A stretch of 64,000 nt of DNA, taken from Eledone cirrhosa (lineage: Eukaryota). Below the pieces are notes generated by a model. The model was not told the DNA's origin. It was given only the letters and a program-made list of their open reading frames with translations, and made no database searches. Positions 1-12,109 of this stretch are shown here, one piece after another. The stretch spans positions 46,810,001-46,874,000 of the forward strand of contig OZ024741.1 in the NCBI GenBank assembly GCA_964016885.1. The letters are read 5' to 3'. Every line of letters begins with the position of its first letter. The stretch's first letter is position 1. The translations under genes and the position numbers were made by a program.

Positions 1-760
1 TCACCAGTTGCGCTTCTTAGGACAAAGGATGGCAATCAACTCCTTAGAGATCCCAATGATATCCTGTTGAGATGGCGGGAACACTTTGACGAGCTTCTCA
101 ATAGGGATTCAGAGGTTGACGAAGAGCTTATCAAATCCATACCTGATAAGCCAGTAAAGGAAATCCTTACTGAGTCTCCAACGATCGAGGAGGTTAAAAG
201 TGCTGTCAGGAAACTCAATGGTGGGAAGTCGCCTGGATTGGATGGGCTGTATGCTGAGATCTTGAAGCACGGTGGAGAGAATCTCTTGCACCGACTTCAT
301 TCTTTGGTTCTGGATGCCTGGAACAACAATCATGTTCCCGATGACTGGAAGGATGCTGTGATGGTTGTTTTGTACAAGGGAAAGGGAGACAGGGATAACT
401 GCGGAAACTATCGTGGGATATCACTGTTGTCTGTTGTCGGCAAAGTTCTCTGTAGAATTCTGTTAGACTGTTTATTGCTCCACATTGCTGATGAAGCTCT
501 ACCAGAGTCGCAATCAGGCTTTCGGGCAGGGCTTGGCACTGTGGACATGATCTTTACAGCCAGACAACTGCAGGAAAAGTGTGTTGAGCAGAATGTGCAT
601 CTCTACCAGGTGTTTGTTGATCTGACAAAAGCATTTGACACGGTCAACAGAAAGGCTTTATGGGATATCTTGTGGAAGCTGGGGTTCCCTGAGAAGTTTG
701 TTTCCATTTTGCGTTTGTTTCATGATGACATGAAGGCATGGGTAAATGTTGGTGGACAAA
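1..760 (+). mobile_element. RTE-clade non-LTR retrotransposon fragment (reverse transcriptase N-half), cut off at the 3' side by a Penelope-like element
   Basis: ORF 67..786 has KSPGLDG, LYKGKGDRDNCGNYRGISLLS, PESQSGFR, QLQEKC and FVDLTKAFDTV motifs. Homology stops at about 760. Confidence 0.9.
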
Positions 761-1785
761 AATTGTGTTCTCATCAGATAAAATAAGGTAACATGATATT
801 TATATATACTCCAGTTCTACCAACTGTCGAGTGCTACTTATCTGATATATGCATAGTTTTATTGTTCTACAATATTACTCACCTCCTACATTAACCTGCT
901 CCTTGATTGTTTGAGCGCTAACTCTTATATCGGATACTATTGATGGTCTCTACTTCTATTATAACATGGATTACTACAGCATCACAACTTCACTTAAAGA
1001 CATACCTATTCCAGGAAAAACTGAATACACAAAACTTTTGATAGAAAAAACAGACTCTTTCGTGTGGAGGCTTAGATGGATCGCATATTTCTATGACCAG
1101 TGCTTAAAAGGAAATTTTTATAGAAAGGAACATAATAACCTTAATTCATTATTTAACTCCAGAAGAAATCCTCTATTTAATAAAAACTTAGCATATTTTG
1201 AAAATGAATTAACTAAAATTATACGAGGTCTTAAATTCAAAAGAAACCCTTATCGAGGCCAGGGACACCTTATCAACCTTAAGAATAAAATTAATGACCT
1301 TAATTCTTCTAAAAACGTTTTAGTTCATTCAAAATAAATAATTTATACGGCATAAGTAAGGATAAATATAATAACCTTATCCTTAAAGAACTAAGAAAAA
1401 ATTATTGCAAAACCACCCACGATAATCTTGAGTCTATTAATTTCGAAGCATATGAGATTATTACCAAACTTGGTATTGGGAAAAAAAACAGAACCCTTCT
1501 TCCCAAGAATTCCGAGGATTAGTCTGAAAGATCACAAAACAAATTTTCGAACCGACTTGCCTGTAAGACTAATTGCCCCTTCTAAATCTGACCTGGGGGT
1601 TGTTAGTAAATCCATCTTGGCTAGAATTATCCCAAAGGTTTGCTCTAATTCTCAATTAAATTTATGGTCAGGTACTTCTGATGTGATAGACTGGTTCAAT
1701 GACCTGAATAATAAAAGCAAACTAAAATTTATTCAGTTAGACATTGCTAGCTATTACTCTTCTATTTCTCCTTCACTCCTTAACC
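761..1785 (+). mobile_element. Penelope-like element (Naiad-type), 5' part with inverted pLTR piece and decayed ORF; interrupted by a hAT insertion
   Basis: ORFs 966..1337 (SLKDIPIP...LIEK...RLRWIAYF) and 1428..1820 (LKDHKTNF, VRLIAPSKSDLG, FIQLDIASYYSSI). 800-890 matches the pLTR sequence at 30055-30150. Confidence 0.85.
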
Positions 1786-2609
1786 CAGCGTTTCTCAACC
1801 GGGGTTCCCCAGAACCCTAAGGTTCCGCGAGAACAAGTGAGATAAGCTAATGCACTTTTGACTTTTTAATTAATTTCATATACATAATATTACCAAACAT
1901 GCACAATATATTCTTGGTTATTGTAATATTGTAATATAGACATCATCCTATCTAACCTATTATGTTATTAAAAAATATAACAATTATTGGGAATATATTT
2001 ATTTAGTGATGTCTGTACAGCGCCAGTGTGAAACCGCCTTCACTATCATAGTCAGTGCCCACTCAGCGAGACCTGTACGTAACTCATTCAGTACAAGACG
2101 CATGCATAATCTACATCAGTCGTCTCTGTGGTTCATGGCGTACAGGTACAGTCCCTCATTCACCCACAATATTCAGTAAATTTTTTTCCAGCATTCAGGG
2201 ATATTTTATGAATTGTAAAAATTGAAGCACGCTTTTTTATTGCATTTTATTGCATTTTTACAGAAATACCTAATCACCCAATGTGGCGATTTTTGAAGAG
2301 GAAACATTCCAAAAATTCTGATGAGGTTAGTGATGAAGAACCACAAGCTCATGAGACTAGTGATGAAGAGCCACAAGTTCCTGACCAATTCCACTGCACT
2401 AGTAGTTCAACAACGGGCAGAAAGAAGATCCATCTTTACGATGAAAGTTATTTATCAATGGGCTTCACATGGACCGGTGACCCAAGCTGTCCTATTCCAT
2501 TGTGTTGTCTGTGACAAACGACTTTCAAATGCAGCAATGGCTCCAGCTAAACTGAAAAGACACTTCACAGCAAATCACAGTCATATGAAAAATAAAAGTG
2601 CAGATTATC
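1786..2609 (+). mobile_element. hAT (Buster/Charlie-like) transposon, 5' end with truncated BED-finger transposase
   Basis: Starts CAGCGTTTCTCAACC (Charlie-type TIR) after an nnnTAnnn site (CCTTAACC). The peptide YDESYLSMGFTWTG..PLCVVC..LSNAAMAPAKLKRHF..NH spans 2281-2609. Confidence 0.85.
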
Positions 2610-3791
2610 CTAAACGGACGGTAGTCCGTTTAGTAATATTGTTGTGGTCGTGTTTTCGTTGGCAATCGTCTGTTTACAACAGTACAGCGCGGCTCCACTT
2701 TATTTAACTGAGATAAAACTTATATGAACATGAACAGTAGATCATTACGCATCTTTTGGCTTAAACATCTAGAAATTTGGTCGAGCGGGAAAAAGTTTAT
2801 AATCAAAGTTTGCTGATAAATCTTGTGTTCAAGTGAGTGAGTAGTAAGCGTGACGCTGTGTGCATTTGATGCATCTATGAGAATCGGCCCGAGATAACAA
2901 GGGGAGGTAATTACGAGTCTCTCCCTCTCTACGGGATCATCCAGAAATGGCGAATTTTTTTCGGCGGAACTCTTGTGATTGTGATTACGTTAGTCAAATG
3001 TAGTCAAATCCCCTCCTCCTAATTGACTATGTCATTTCTGAGCGGCCCTACTTGCGTCAGTGTGAAACATTACTTCACTTTTCACTGCTAAAATGCTTTT
3101 TAAATACTTCGTTAAAAATTTATGTTTATTATCAAAGCTATTTTTTGTACCAATCTATCAATAGTTTGCGAAAACATAGGTAAACATGTGAGTTAAATTT
3201 TTTTTAATCGCATCGATCGCTTTGTCGCACCGACTGTGACACTGTCTGACTGACACCTTTGTCGGACCGACACCTTTGTTCAAGCGGACAACTTTGTGTC
3301 ACTGACACCTTTGTTCGTGCCGGCATCTCTGCGAAACACCGATGACAACAACCAGACCAAAATTTCACTTCATTCTTCATCAAGACCGATCGCCGACCGA
3401 TCGTATCGGTTGCTCTTCATATACCAGGTATTCAACAGATAGTTTGCACTTCTAGTATTATTAACAGTCGTGCGATTTTTTGTACCGATAGGTGCGAATA
3501 GTGCGCTATATTTTTGTACCGATAGGTGCGAATGGTGCGAATAGTGCGATAGGTGCGAATAGTGTACAATATTTTCTGAGATTTGCATCCACTAATTTCG
3601 CTTAATTAAAAATGATGTTTCGCGGCTTTTTGATCGGCTTATTCATTTTTTCCATGGCACGGAAATGGAGTATTTCCATTTCGAATCAAAACTTTTCACT
3701 AAAATCGGGCAATTGGACTGATCAAATTCACATTCATGCCAGTTTTTACAAATCCAAAAAACGAAATTATCCTATTTCCAATCAGAAATAT

Positions 3792-3854
3792 AGAACGCGC
3801 GCGTTAATCTTATCATTACTCATAATCGGTTGTGTCGAATTAAATCCTGGACCT
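3792..3854 (+). other. 2A-like (StopGo) peptide motif RTRALILSLLIIGCVELNPG|P
   Basis: In frame in ORF 3612..4577. It matches the hydrophobic helix plus G-(D/C)-V-E-x-N-P-G-P pattern. Confidence 0.7.
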
Positions 3855-4717
3855 GAATTTGAATTCAATGAGACTGACAAAGATCAAAACATTGATAAAG
3901 AGAATGAAAAACAGAGAAAGACTGCAATTAGGAATAGGGAGTACAGACAACGGAAAGCTGCAGAAATAAGAGAAAAAAGACAATCATACGAAGCAAAATT
4001 TAAAAATAAGGCATGGCAAAAAGCATATAGACTGAGAAGAGGCGATGAGGGCAAAAGTCAGGAGGCATCGTATCAAAAAGTGCGCAGACTGAGGGCAGGT
4101 GATGAGGGCAAAAATCAGCATGCATTGAATCAAAAAGAGCACAGAGTGACAGCAGGCGATGAGGGCAAAAGTCAACAGGCATTGTATCAAAAAGCACACA
4201 GATTGAGAACAGGAGAAGAAGGAAAAGAAAAAGATGCCAGATATTTTTCACATTATTATTTTACAAATGCATGGTTGATACAACAAAAACACAAATTTTT
4301 GTACAGAAAAAAACGAATTCAACAATTTAAAGACATTCGCAAAGGGAAATCATGTTACACAAATTCACAAAATCATATTTGGCTTCAAAAAAAGAAAAAC
4401 CAAAAAAATCGGGCACAATATAGGAAGAAATTCAAACAGGGCCTTGAAAAAGTTTCCAAAATCTACAGAGAAGCACAGGGAATTCGAAATTTCATATTTA
4501 ATGAATTGAAAAAAACAATGGCTTCAGTTTATGCACACATCAAATTAGCTAAGAAGGAGGGGTTGACTGCATACTGAGGGGAAATATTTTACCATACTTT
4601 CACAAATGAACACTTTCTATTCCCAAAAAGTACAGTTGATTATTTTCCTCTAACACAACTTGAAAACCACAAATTTCTGACTGATGACTGTCCAACAAAT
4701 GAGTGCAGGTGTAAAGA

Positions 4718-5126
4718 TGGTGATGAGCCAAGTGAGGGAGGTGCACAAGGAGAGGGAGGTGAGCAAAGTGAGAAAGGTGCACAAAGAGGGGGAGATGAGC
4801 CAAGTGAGGGAGGTGCACAAGGAGAGGGAGGTGAGCAAAGTGAGAAATGTGCACAAAGAGGGGGGGATGAGCCAAGTGAGAAAGGTGCACAAAGAGGGGG
4901 AGATGAGCCAAGTGAGGGAGGTGCACAAAAGGGGGGGATGAGCCAAGTGAGGGAGGTGCACAAAGAGGGGGGGATGAGCCAAGTGAGAAATGTCCACAAA
5001 GAGGGGTAGATGAGCCAACTGATGGAGGTGAGCAAAGTGAATGTCCACAAAGAGGGGTAGATGAGCCAACTGATGGAGGTGAGCAAAGTGAGACAGGTGC
5101 ACAAAAAGAGGGGGTGAGCAAAGTGA
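4718..5126 (+). repeat. Purine-rich minisatellite, ~39-bp unit (13-aa G/E-rich linker, e.g. DEPSEGGAQRGG) inside the RepHel coding region
   Basis: About 10 copies of GATGAGCCAAGTGAGGGAGGTGCACAAAGAGGGGG and variants. Confidence 0.9.
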
Positions 5127-8100
5127 CCAGGAAGATTTTGATGGCAGAAAATGTACAGAACTTCTGACTTTGGCTAGATTGTGGAAATTTGGTCCCCCAT
5201 CAAATTGCCCAGATCCCACTGCACGTCTAAAGCTAGCTAAACGAATGCACAAGGCCATACATGAACTTTCACCTGATTTGACTGTGTCCCAAATTCGGAA
5301 AAAAATGGAAATCTTTGAGCAGTGTAAAGGATTCCATAGGGACAACATCTATTGCATAGGACAGTCTGACTGCACAAATGGACTTGAACTGATTCGAAGT
5401 ATGACTCCTCACTCTCCTCGCATCCGTACACTTCTGAGATGTGTGTACAAAGTGAGATCAGTCTGTGTCTGGCTATACTCCTATGACATTTCAATCTTGG
5501 AAGGAAATTGGTCAATGTTTGATTATCTAGTAAATCCCCAAAACATGTCCGACAATCTGCTAAGCCGTTTGAATGAGATAGTGGAAAATGAAAATGAGAG
5601 CTTGCATTCAGAATCCTCAATCATGGCCAATTTTGCATCCATTATCAAACATTTTAATAAAGAGATTCAAAAACTGAAAATCAACTCCTGTGACATTTGC
5701 AAACAACGAGAATTAGATGCTAAACTCAAAGTCTGGGAGGATTGGAGACCTTTGACAAATCCCTATCTCCTGGAAACCATTCAACAAAACTACTCTCTAC
5801 CATGTACGATTTGCTCTACATGTAGAAATAGTCTTGTCAAAAAGTCGATACCATCATTGGCTTTAATCAATGGCCTAGAAGTGGTCAAAATTCCAAATGC
5901 GTTGTCAAAGTTGAACATGTATGAGCAGATTTTGATCCAAATGGCCAAATGCTTCATCAATGTCATTAAATTGTCACCCTATCGTTTCAAAGGTGCACCA
6001 TCAGATCTAGTAGCTGCTATTAAAGGAATAGCAACTCACATGCCACTACCAGTAGAAAACACAATCAATCATGTAATGAAAAAACTTCCATTGAATCAAA
6101 ATGATGCATTTGAAATAATTGTTGATAGTCTTCCAACTAAAAAGGGCACAATTTGGCGATCGCTAGTGAATATGCAAAATGTCTTTGATGCCTTGGAGTG
6201 GCTGAAAAACAACAATGACATTTTGATAAACAGAACCACAAATTTAGAGGACATTGTTACATGCACTGGTGAAAATGTTTCCATCAATTTTCCACACATT
6301 CTCACACAAACTGGTGCTGAAACAGTCTATGAACACCATACTGTACAGCAAATCAAGCCTGCACTCCCAAATCAAAAGGACCTTGAACTGTTTCGCATGA
6401 AACGAGTTGAAGGTACTCTTCTTCCGGACAATGATCCAAACCTGGATCTGATGTGCTTCCCCCACTTATTCCCTAAAAGAAAATTTGGAATGATGCACAT
6501 GAACAGACCCCATGGTAGAGTAAAGCCATACATGTTCATCAGAAACAGACTCAGACATGAGGACCCCCGGTTTCGTAGAGACATTCAGTACATTCTCTAC
6601 AATTTGGACAAGGCTGACAAAAGAGCACTAGATTCTGGCATTTATGCCGTAATGAAATCACTCAAAAGTCCAAAATTGACACTTGCTCAATTTTATAAAA
6701 GATTGGAAGCCAATGATGAACAATTAGAAAGTGGTTTGTCAATGATGATGGCGAATGTTCGTGGAACAAAGCCATTTTGGGAACGCAAGTGCTCCGACTT
6801 GAATGCCATAGATGAGAAATTCGGTTCTGCCCATTTGTTTATCACTCTTTCATGTGCTGAATACTTTTGGCCAGGCTTGAGGGAATTTTTGGAAAAACTC
6901 AATAACGACATTGCAAATGTTGAAACAAGGCCGATAGGGAATCTCTGTGCAAATGATGTCAGTGAGTACTTTCACCATCGTTTTAGTGCTGTTTTTTATG
7001 ATGTAATTTTAAATAAAAAAGGCCCATTTGGGGAAATTATTCATTACTTTTGGCGACTCGAGTATCAACAACGTGGTGCCCCTCACATTCACCTTAAAGC
7101 CTGGGTTCGGGACAGTGTAATTTTTGACAAAGATCCTAAAGAAAAAATCAAGCAATTTATTGAACGCTGCATTACTTGCCGGCTACCATCCCCTGTGGCC
7201 AACCCAAACTTGGCAAATCTCGTTAGACGGTTCCTAGTCCATACTTGTGGCAAAGCATGCTGGAGAATAGTGGGGAGAGGGAAAAATTTGTGTAAAAAAT
7301 GCTGTTTTGGTTTTGCACGTGCAGTGGGGCCATTTCGATTTTTCTCAGTTTCTGAAAGTATCAAATCACGAAAAAATGGTAATGGGACAAAAAAAACTGT
7401 ACCAATTGGAAAGAAAAGTACATAAATGACTACAATCCATGTTTACTTCTAGCCTGGCAAGCAAATATAGATGTGCAATACATTGGTGAGAATAGTATGA
7501 TTTTGAATAGATATGTCACCTGCTATCAGACTAAGGCTGAAAAAAATGAGGCTGAGGGAGTGTGGGCGAATCTGGATCATTCCAAAACAAAATATGGGAA
7601 ATACAAAAGTGCTGGACTGCAATTGCTTGGGAAAAGGGATACAGGAGGGTATGAAGCTGCTGACAAACTTTTGGGGCATCATTTTTACGGGGCATCAGAT
7701 CATGTTATTTGGGTAGGTGCAGACATTCCCAGTAGGCGCGGCCGCAGATTGAAATCTCAAAATGATCTTGATGAACTGAGTGAAGACTCAATGGACTTGT
7801 TCTACGAGAACATGGTGGAAACTTTTTACAAAAACCGGCCAAAATTCCTGGAAGATTCCTCCTTATATGAAGTTGCCAGCAAATATGGACACAAAAAAAA
7901 CCTGTTGACAAAGATGTGGCTACAAAAATGAAATTGCTCAATGACAAGGGGTATTTTCATAGTGTAAAAGAGCGGGTAGTTAAAGCACCAAATATACAGC
8001 TCAAAAATGACACAAAAGAACGTTATTACCACAATATTCTAATGCTGTTCAAACCCTGGTGTGATGAGGACAAAGATTTGTTGGAGGGCTGCAAAACATT

Positions 8101-8453
8101 TGAAGAGTCCTTTCATCTGTGTGCAAACAATTTGCCAGATATGGTGAATTTTCAAAATGTGAGGAAAAAAATCACTGATGCAGTTGAGATGGGGAAGAGG
8201 TTGGAGAAGGAGGGTGAAAAGGAGGGAGAGGTCGGAGAAGGACGGAGAGAAGGGGGGAAGAAGGAGGCAAGAGATGAGGCTGGTATTGATGTTCCCCAAA
8301 TTCGAGATGTAGATGAAACTGCTCTACAGACAAAAGAAACACAGCTTAATACAGATCAAAGATCCATATACAATCTAATTGTATCAGCAATTGAAAAACA
8401 GGAATTGCATTGGAATTCAGAAAAACCACTACCAAGGTGCAGATGTGATGATT

Positions 8454-8516
8454 ACTCTTTTACTCTTTTACCTGTTTCAGCCAACCGGCTGAGGCCATGC
8501 TGGGGCACCGCCCTTG
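8454..8516 (-). mobile_element. Short 5'-truncated SINE/LINE 3' tail inserted into the helicase coding region
   Basis: The minus strand reads ..GGCGGTGCCCCAGCATGGCC..GCTGAAACAGGTAAAAGAGTAAAAGAGT and is flanked by a GATT duplication. Removing it rejoins ..RCRCDDCPQFLKFVSGVGSTGKS. Confidence 0.75.
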
Positions 8517-10043
8517 GATTGCCCACAATTTCTCAAATTTGTCTCTGGTGTAGGAAGTACAGGAAAAAGTTTTCTCATTGATATAATTTCTGACAAAGTT
8601 ACTCAAATTTGTTGCAAGAGAAATGGGGCCCCAGTAGTCATTTGTGCACCAACTGGTATGGCTGCTTTCCAAATCAAGGGGACCACTTTGCACAGGCTCT
8701 TGAAACTCCCAGTCCAACATGGAAAATCACCATCATATAGGTAATTAGAAAGTGATGAACTCAAAATTTTGCGATCCACTCTAGAGGGTGTCCGTCTGAT
8801 AATTATCGATGAAATAAGTATGGTCAGTCATCTGATGTTGGCGTCTAGATGAGATTTTGGGGGACCAGAGTCAAATGACCAGCCCTTTTGGAAAAATAAA
8901 TATTTTGGTTTTTGGCGATCTACTTCAACTTCCACCAGTAAATGAAAAAACAGTCTTTTCCAGTATTTCTGCATATGATGCTAAAAGGACTGGTCTGGGA
9001 ATAAGTGGGCAGTCACTGTGGAAATTTTTCGACTATGATGAGCTCACTATAAATATGCGGCAAAAAAATGACAGTGAAAACTATTCTGAAATGTTGGGTC
9101 GAATAAGAATAGGATCACCTACAGACATGGACATCAAGACTTTGAGTGAACATTGCCTATTCCCAGATCGCAGGGCAACAATGAGAGAGGCAACTGAGAA
9201 ACTAATGCAACTTTGCACATTACCTAGTCAAAAATTTGTCTGTATTTTGCCTGTCAATGAATCTGTAGATGAATTCAACAAGGGAATGCTTAAGCATGCC
9301 AACATCAGTACAGTTGTAGTTATTGCTGAGGACTCAGGAATGCGCCAGAAAGGTCGTAAAAAAAAGTCAAAGTCAAACAAATTTTCCAAACCAAAAAAGG
9401 CATCAGACACTGCTGGACTTGAGACTGAATTGCAAGTTGGAGTTGGGGCCAGAGTAATGCTGAGACGAAACATTAATTTGGTGAAGGGGCTATGTAATGG
9501 TGTCATGGGAACAGTGCAAAGCATGGTCAATGGAAAAGATGGGAAAATGGGACAAATCATTGTGGAATTTGATCACATGATAGGCAATGACATTTCAATA
9601 GAAAAGGTGACTGCAGACTATGAAATCTCTCCTGGTGTGTATGTGACACAAAAACAGTTCCCCCTATGCCATCACCATCCATAAATCACAGGGAATAAGT
9701 GTTGATGGGGTCATTGCTGATCTTGGTCTTCTGGTGTTCGCAGATGGAATGGCCTATGTTGCACTTTCACGAGCTAGGAAACTCTGCAATGTCTATTTGA
9801 TAGATTTTGACCCACGAACCCTGATCATGTGTGACAAATCTGCTTGGGAAGAGTACAACAAATTGCGTTCTACAACAAAATTGCCTCCACTTAGACCATG
9901 TAGAAATAAACCACCATGCATGGCTTATGAATCTTGCATGCTAAAAAAACGATCAAGGCGAATGTTGAATGTGGACAACCCTTCTGAATATGCTCCTTCT
10001 ACCAAAAAACATAAATTAGCTACAATTTCCATGCTCACTCCCA

Positions 10044-10866
10044 AATAAGGAAAATGCCTGTTTTGCCAATTCCACACTTCAAGCTATTGCCCAATTGCCC
10101 AAATTTTGGGAAACTTTGTTGTCTACCCAATTACTCAGTCCAGTTGTTCAGGAAATGGCAAATATTGTCACACCAGGGGATCGGGATGTTTCAATTCTGC
10201 AAAGATTAATTTGGGGGAGATTTAAGGATGGTGCTCAGCAATGTGCCCATGATTTTTGGAAAAATATCTACCCACATTTTCCACCAAATGCACAGCAAAT
10301 ATTCCAATTTCAAGTGAATGAAACACTAAGATGCACTAAAAGTCATGAAAATGAATGCCCATGTTTGAATGATCAAATTTGTACTTGCACACATAGACCT
10401 GGATGTGGACTCAAAACTCACAAAACACCAGAAATTCAAACAGACTTGACATTGCATCCTATTCAAGGCCCTCAACAGTTTCGTACTTTACTTGTATCAA
10501 ATGACACCATAATAAAACAATGTGACACCTGCACCACCAATACAGAGCACAAAACAACCATCAGGAGAGATTTGCCACCCACAATACCTTGTAGTATCAA
10601 TCAACCGATTCCTCATAACCAGTGGTCAAGAAACTCAAATACATTGTGATTTATTGAATTTCAATTCAAAACGCCAGCAGTTTTTTGGTACCAATTTCCA
10701 ACTTCAATCAGCAATTGTTCACTCATTAGGTTCCACATCAGGAGGTCATTACACTTGTTTAATTCACAAAGATGGTGACAAATGGGATGAAATTAGTGAC
10801 ACGTGCATAACCAAAAGGCACCCAAAATTTCCACCTAAATTGCCAAATATTGTTTTACTTTTTTAA
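10044..10866 (+). pseudogene. Peptidase C19 (USP/UCH-type deubiquitinase-like) domain at the C-terminus of RepHel
   Basis: Cys box NKENACFANSTLQAI (10044 onward), QQCAHDF (QQDAxEF-like), CxxC, and His box IVHSLGSTSGGHYTCLIHKDGDKWDEISD. One frameshift near 10575. Confidence 0.85.
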
Positions 10867-10964
10867 AAAAAACTATAGGTCCAATATCACTCCAGAATGC
10901 TCTGTCCTACACATCCAAGTGAACTCTATTAGACATTAAAATAATATAGAGTATAAAAATCTGT

Positions 10965-11185
10965 ACTACTATATGAAAAATTTGTTTCATTTGTCAAGCA
11001 ACTGTGTCAGAGGACAGTGCCAAAGTATGCAGTAGGTCTGTCCAATGTAACTGTTGTTTTGTAACATGAGCAATTTTTCATTTATATGTAGTACTACAGG
11101 AAATTTGTTACATTTGTCAAGCTACAGTGTCAGAGGATAGTGCCGAAGTATGCAGTAGGTCTATCCAATGTATCTGTTGTCTGCC
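10965..11185. repeat. Direct tandem duplication of about 120 bp
   Basis: Two copies of ..TTTGTCAAGC..TGTCAGAGGAYAGTGCCRAAGTATGCAGTAGGTCTRTCCAATGTA.. Confidence 0.8.
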
Positions 11186-11828
11186 AAAATGTAACATTTT
11201 ATATTATAAACATTTATATGTATGTCTAATGGAGTTACACATCTTTACTGGCAATTCTTCACTATTAAATTTCTTGGTCACAACTTGGACTTGGGGGTCG
11301 ATTTTTAAAATAAATATGAACAGTCAAATCAGGTGAAACAAAACAAGCAACAAGCAAGCCACATCATAAGCAAACAAATAATATACATGCGAAAAATTGT
11401 AAAAAATGCACATAAAATTTGTAATTAATCCCCCGAAAAAATTCATGTGAAAAATCAAAAAAAAATGGCGCACGTGAAAAAAATCCCCAAAAAAGTTTGC
11501 ATGTGAAAATTGACAAAAATGCTGTGTGTGAAAAAATCAAAAAAACCTCAAAAAAACTTGCATGTGAAAATTGACATTTGCTTTGTATTGTGTAAAATTT
11601 GTCACATTTATTGTCAGGTCTAATTAAAATGTAATTTTCAACTAAATGCAAATGGTGTAATTGCACCATTTAGATTCAGTTGTTAATGCTCACCTACTAA
11701 ATATTATCTAATATATTTCAAACTGTATTTTTAACTAAATTCATTTATCATAGTCTAATATTTTAAAAATAGGTGAGTGCTCCACGAGGATGACCCATGT
11801 CCCCGCCATGTGGGGTGGATGCTTAGGA

Positions 11829-11888
11829 GCCATCCAGATATCATGTGACCATTTTTGGTTCGCGGTGTCCACATGATATCTGGATGGC
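11829..11888. repeat. Perfect 19-bp inverted repeat (hairpin)
   Basis: GCCATCCAGATATCATGTG (11829-47) pairs with CACATGATATCTGGATGGC (11870-88). Confidence 0.9.
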
Positions 11889-12109
11889 CCTTTATACTAA
11901 TTAGTCATTTATCTGCATAAAAATTATACCAGATCATTCTGATTATTGGCTTGAAATCTTTTACAAAATTAGTATGAGCAACTAAGAGGTCATCAATAGA
12001 AATAGAATTACTTTTTGAAATTTTCATGCACAGCATTTTTTGGGATTTTAAATAAAAGTTAATATCATAATTCTTATTTTGTATACCCACATTGCAGATA
12101 CAGAGAAAC

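Larger units (their letters stand above)
3612..10866 (+). pseudogene. Helentron-type RepHel polyprotein (frameshifted): 2A-like motif, basic and acidic repeats, Cys-rich DUF6570-like region, HUH Rep, Pif1 helicase, USP/C19 protease
   Basis: Rep motifs LFITLS, EYQQRGAPHIHLKAW and YVTCYQTK. Helicase motifs GVGSTGKS, IIDEISMV, FGDLLQLPP, MRQ, GARVMLRRN, TIHKSQG and YVALSR. Protease motifs NACFANSTLQ, QQCAHDF and GGHY. Several stops and frameshifts. Confidence 0.92.

Noticed and set aside
4600-5348. Three minus-strand ORFs with Pro/Ser/His/Leu repeats
   Set aside because: Shadow frames of the 39-bp minisatellite inside the plus-strand RepHel.
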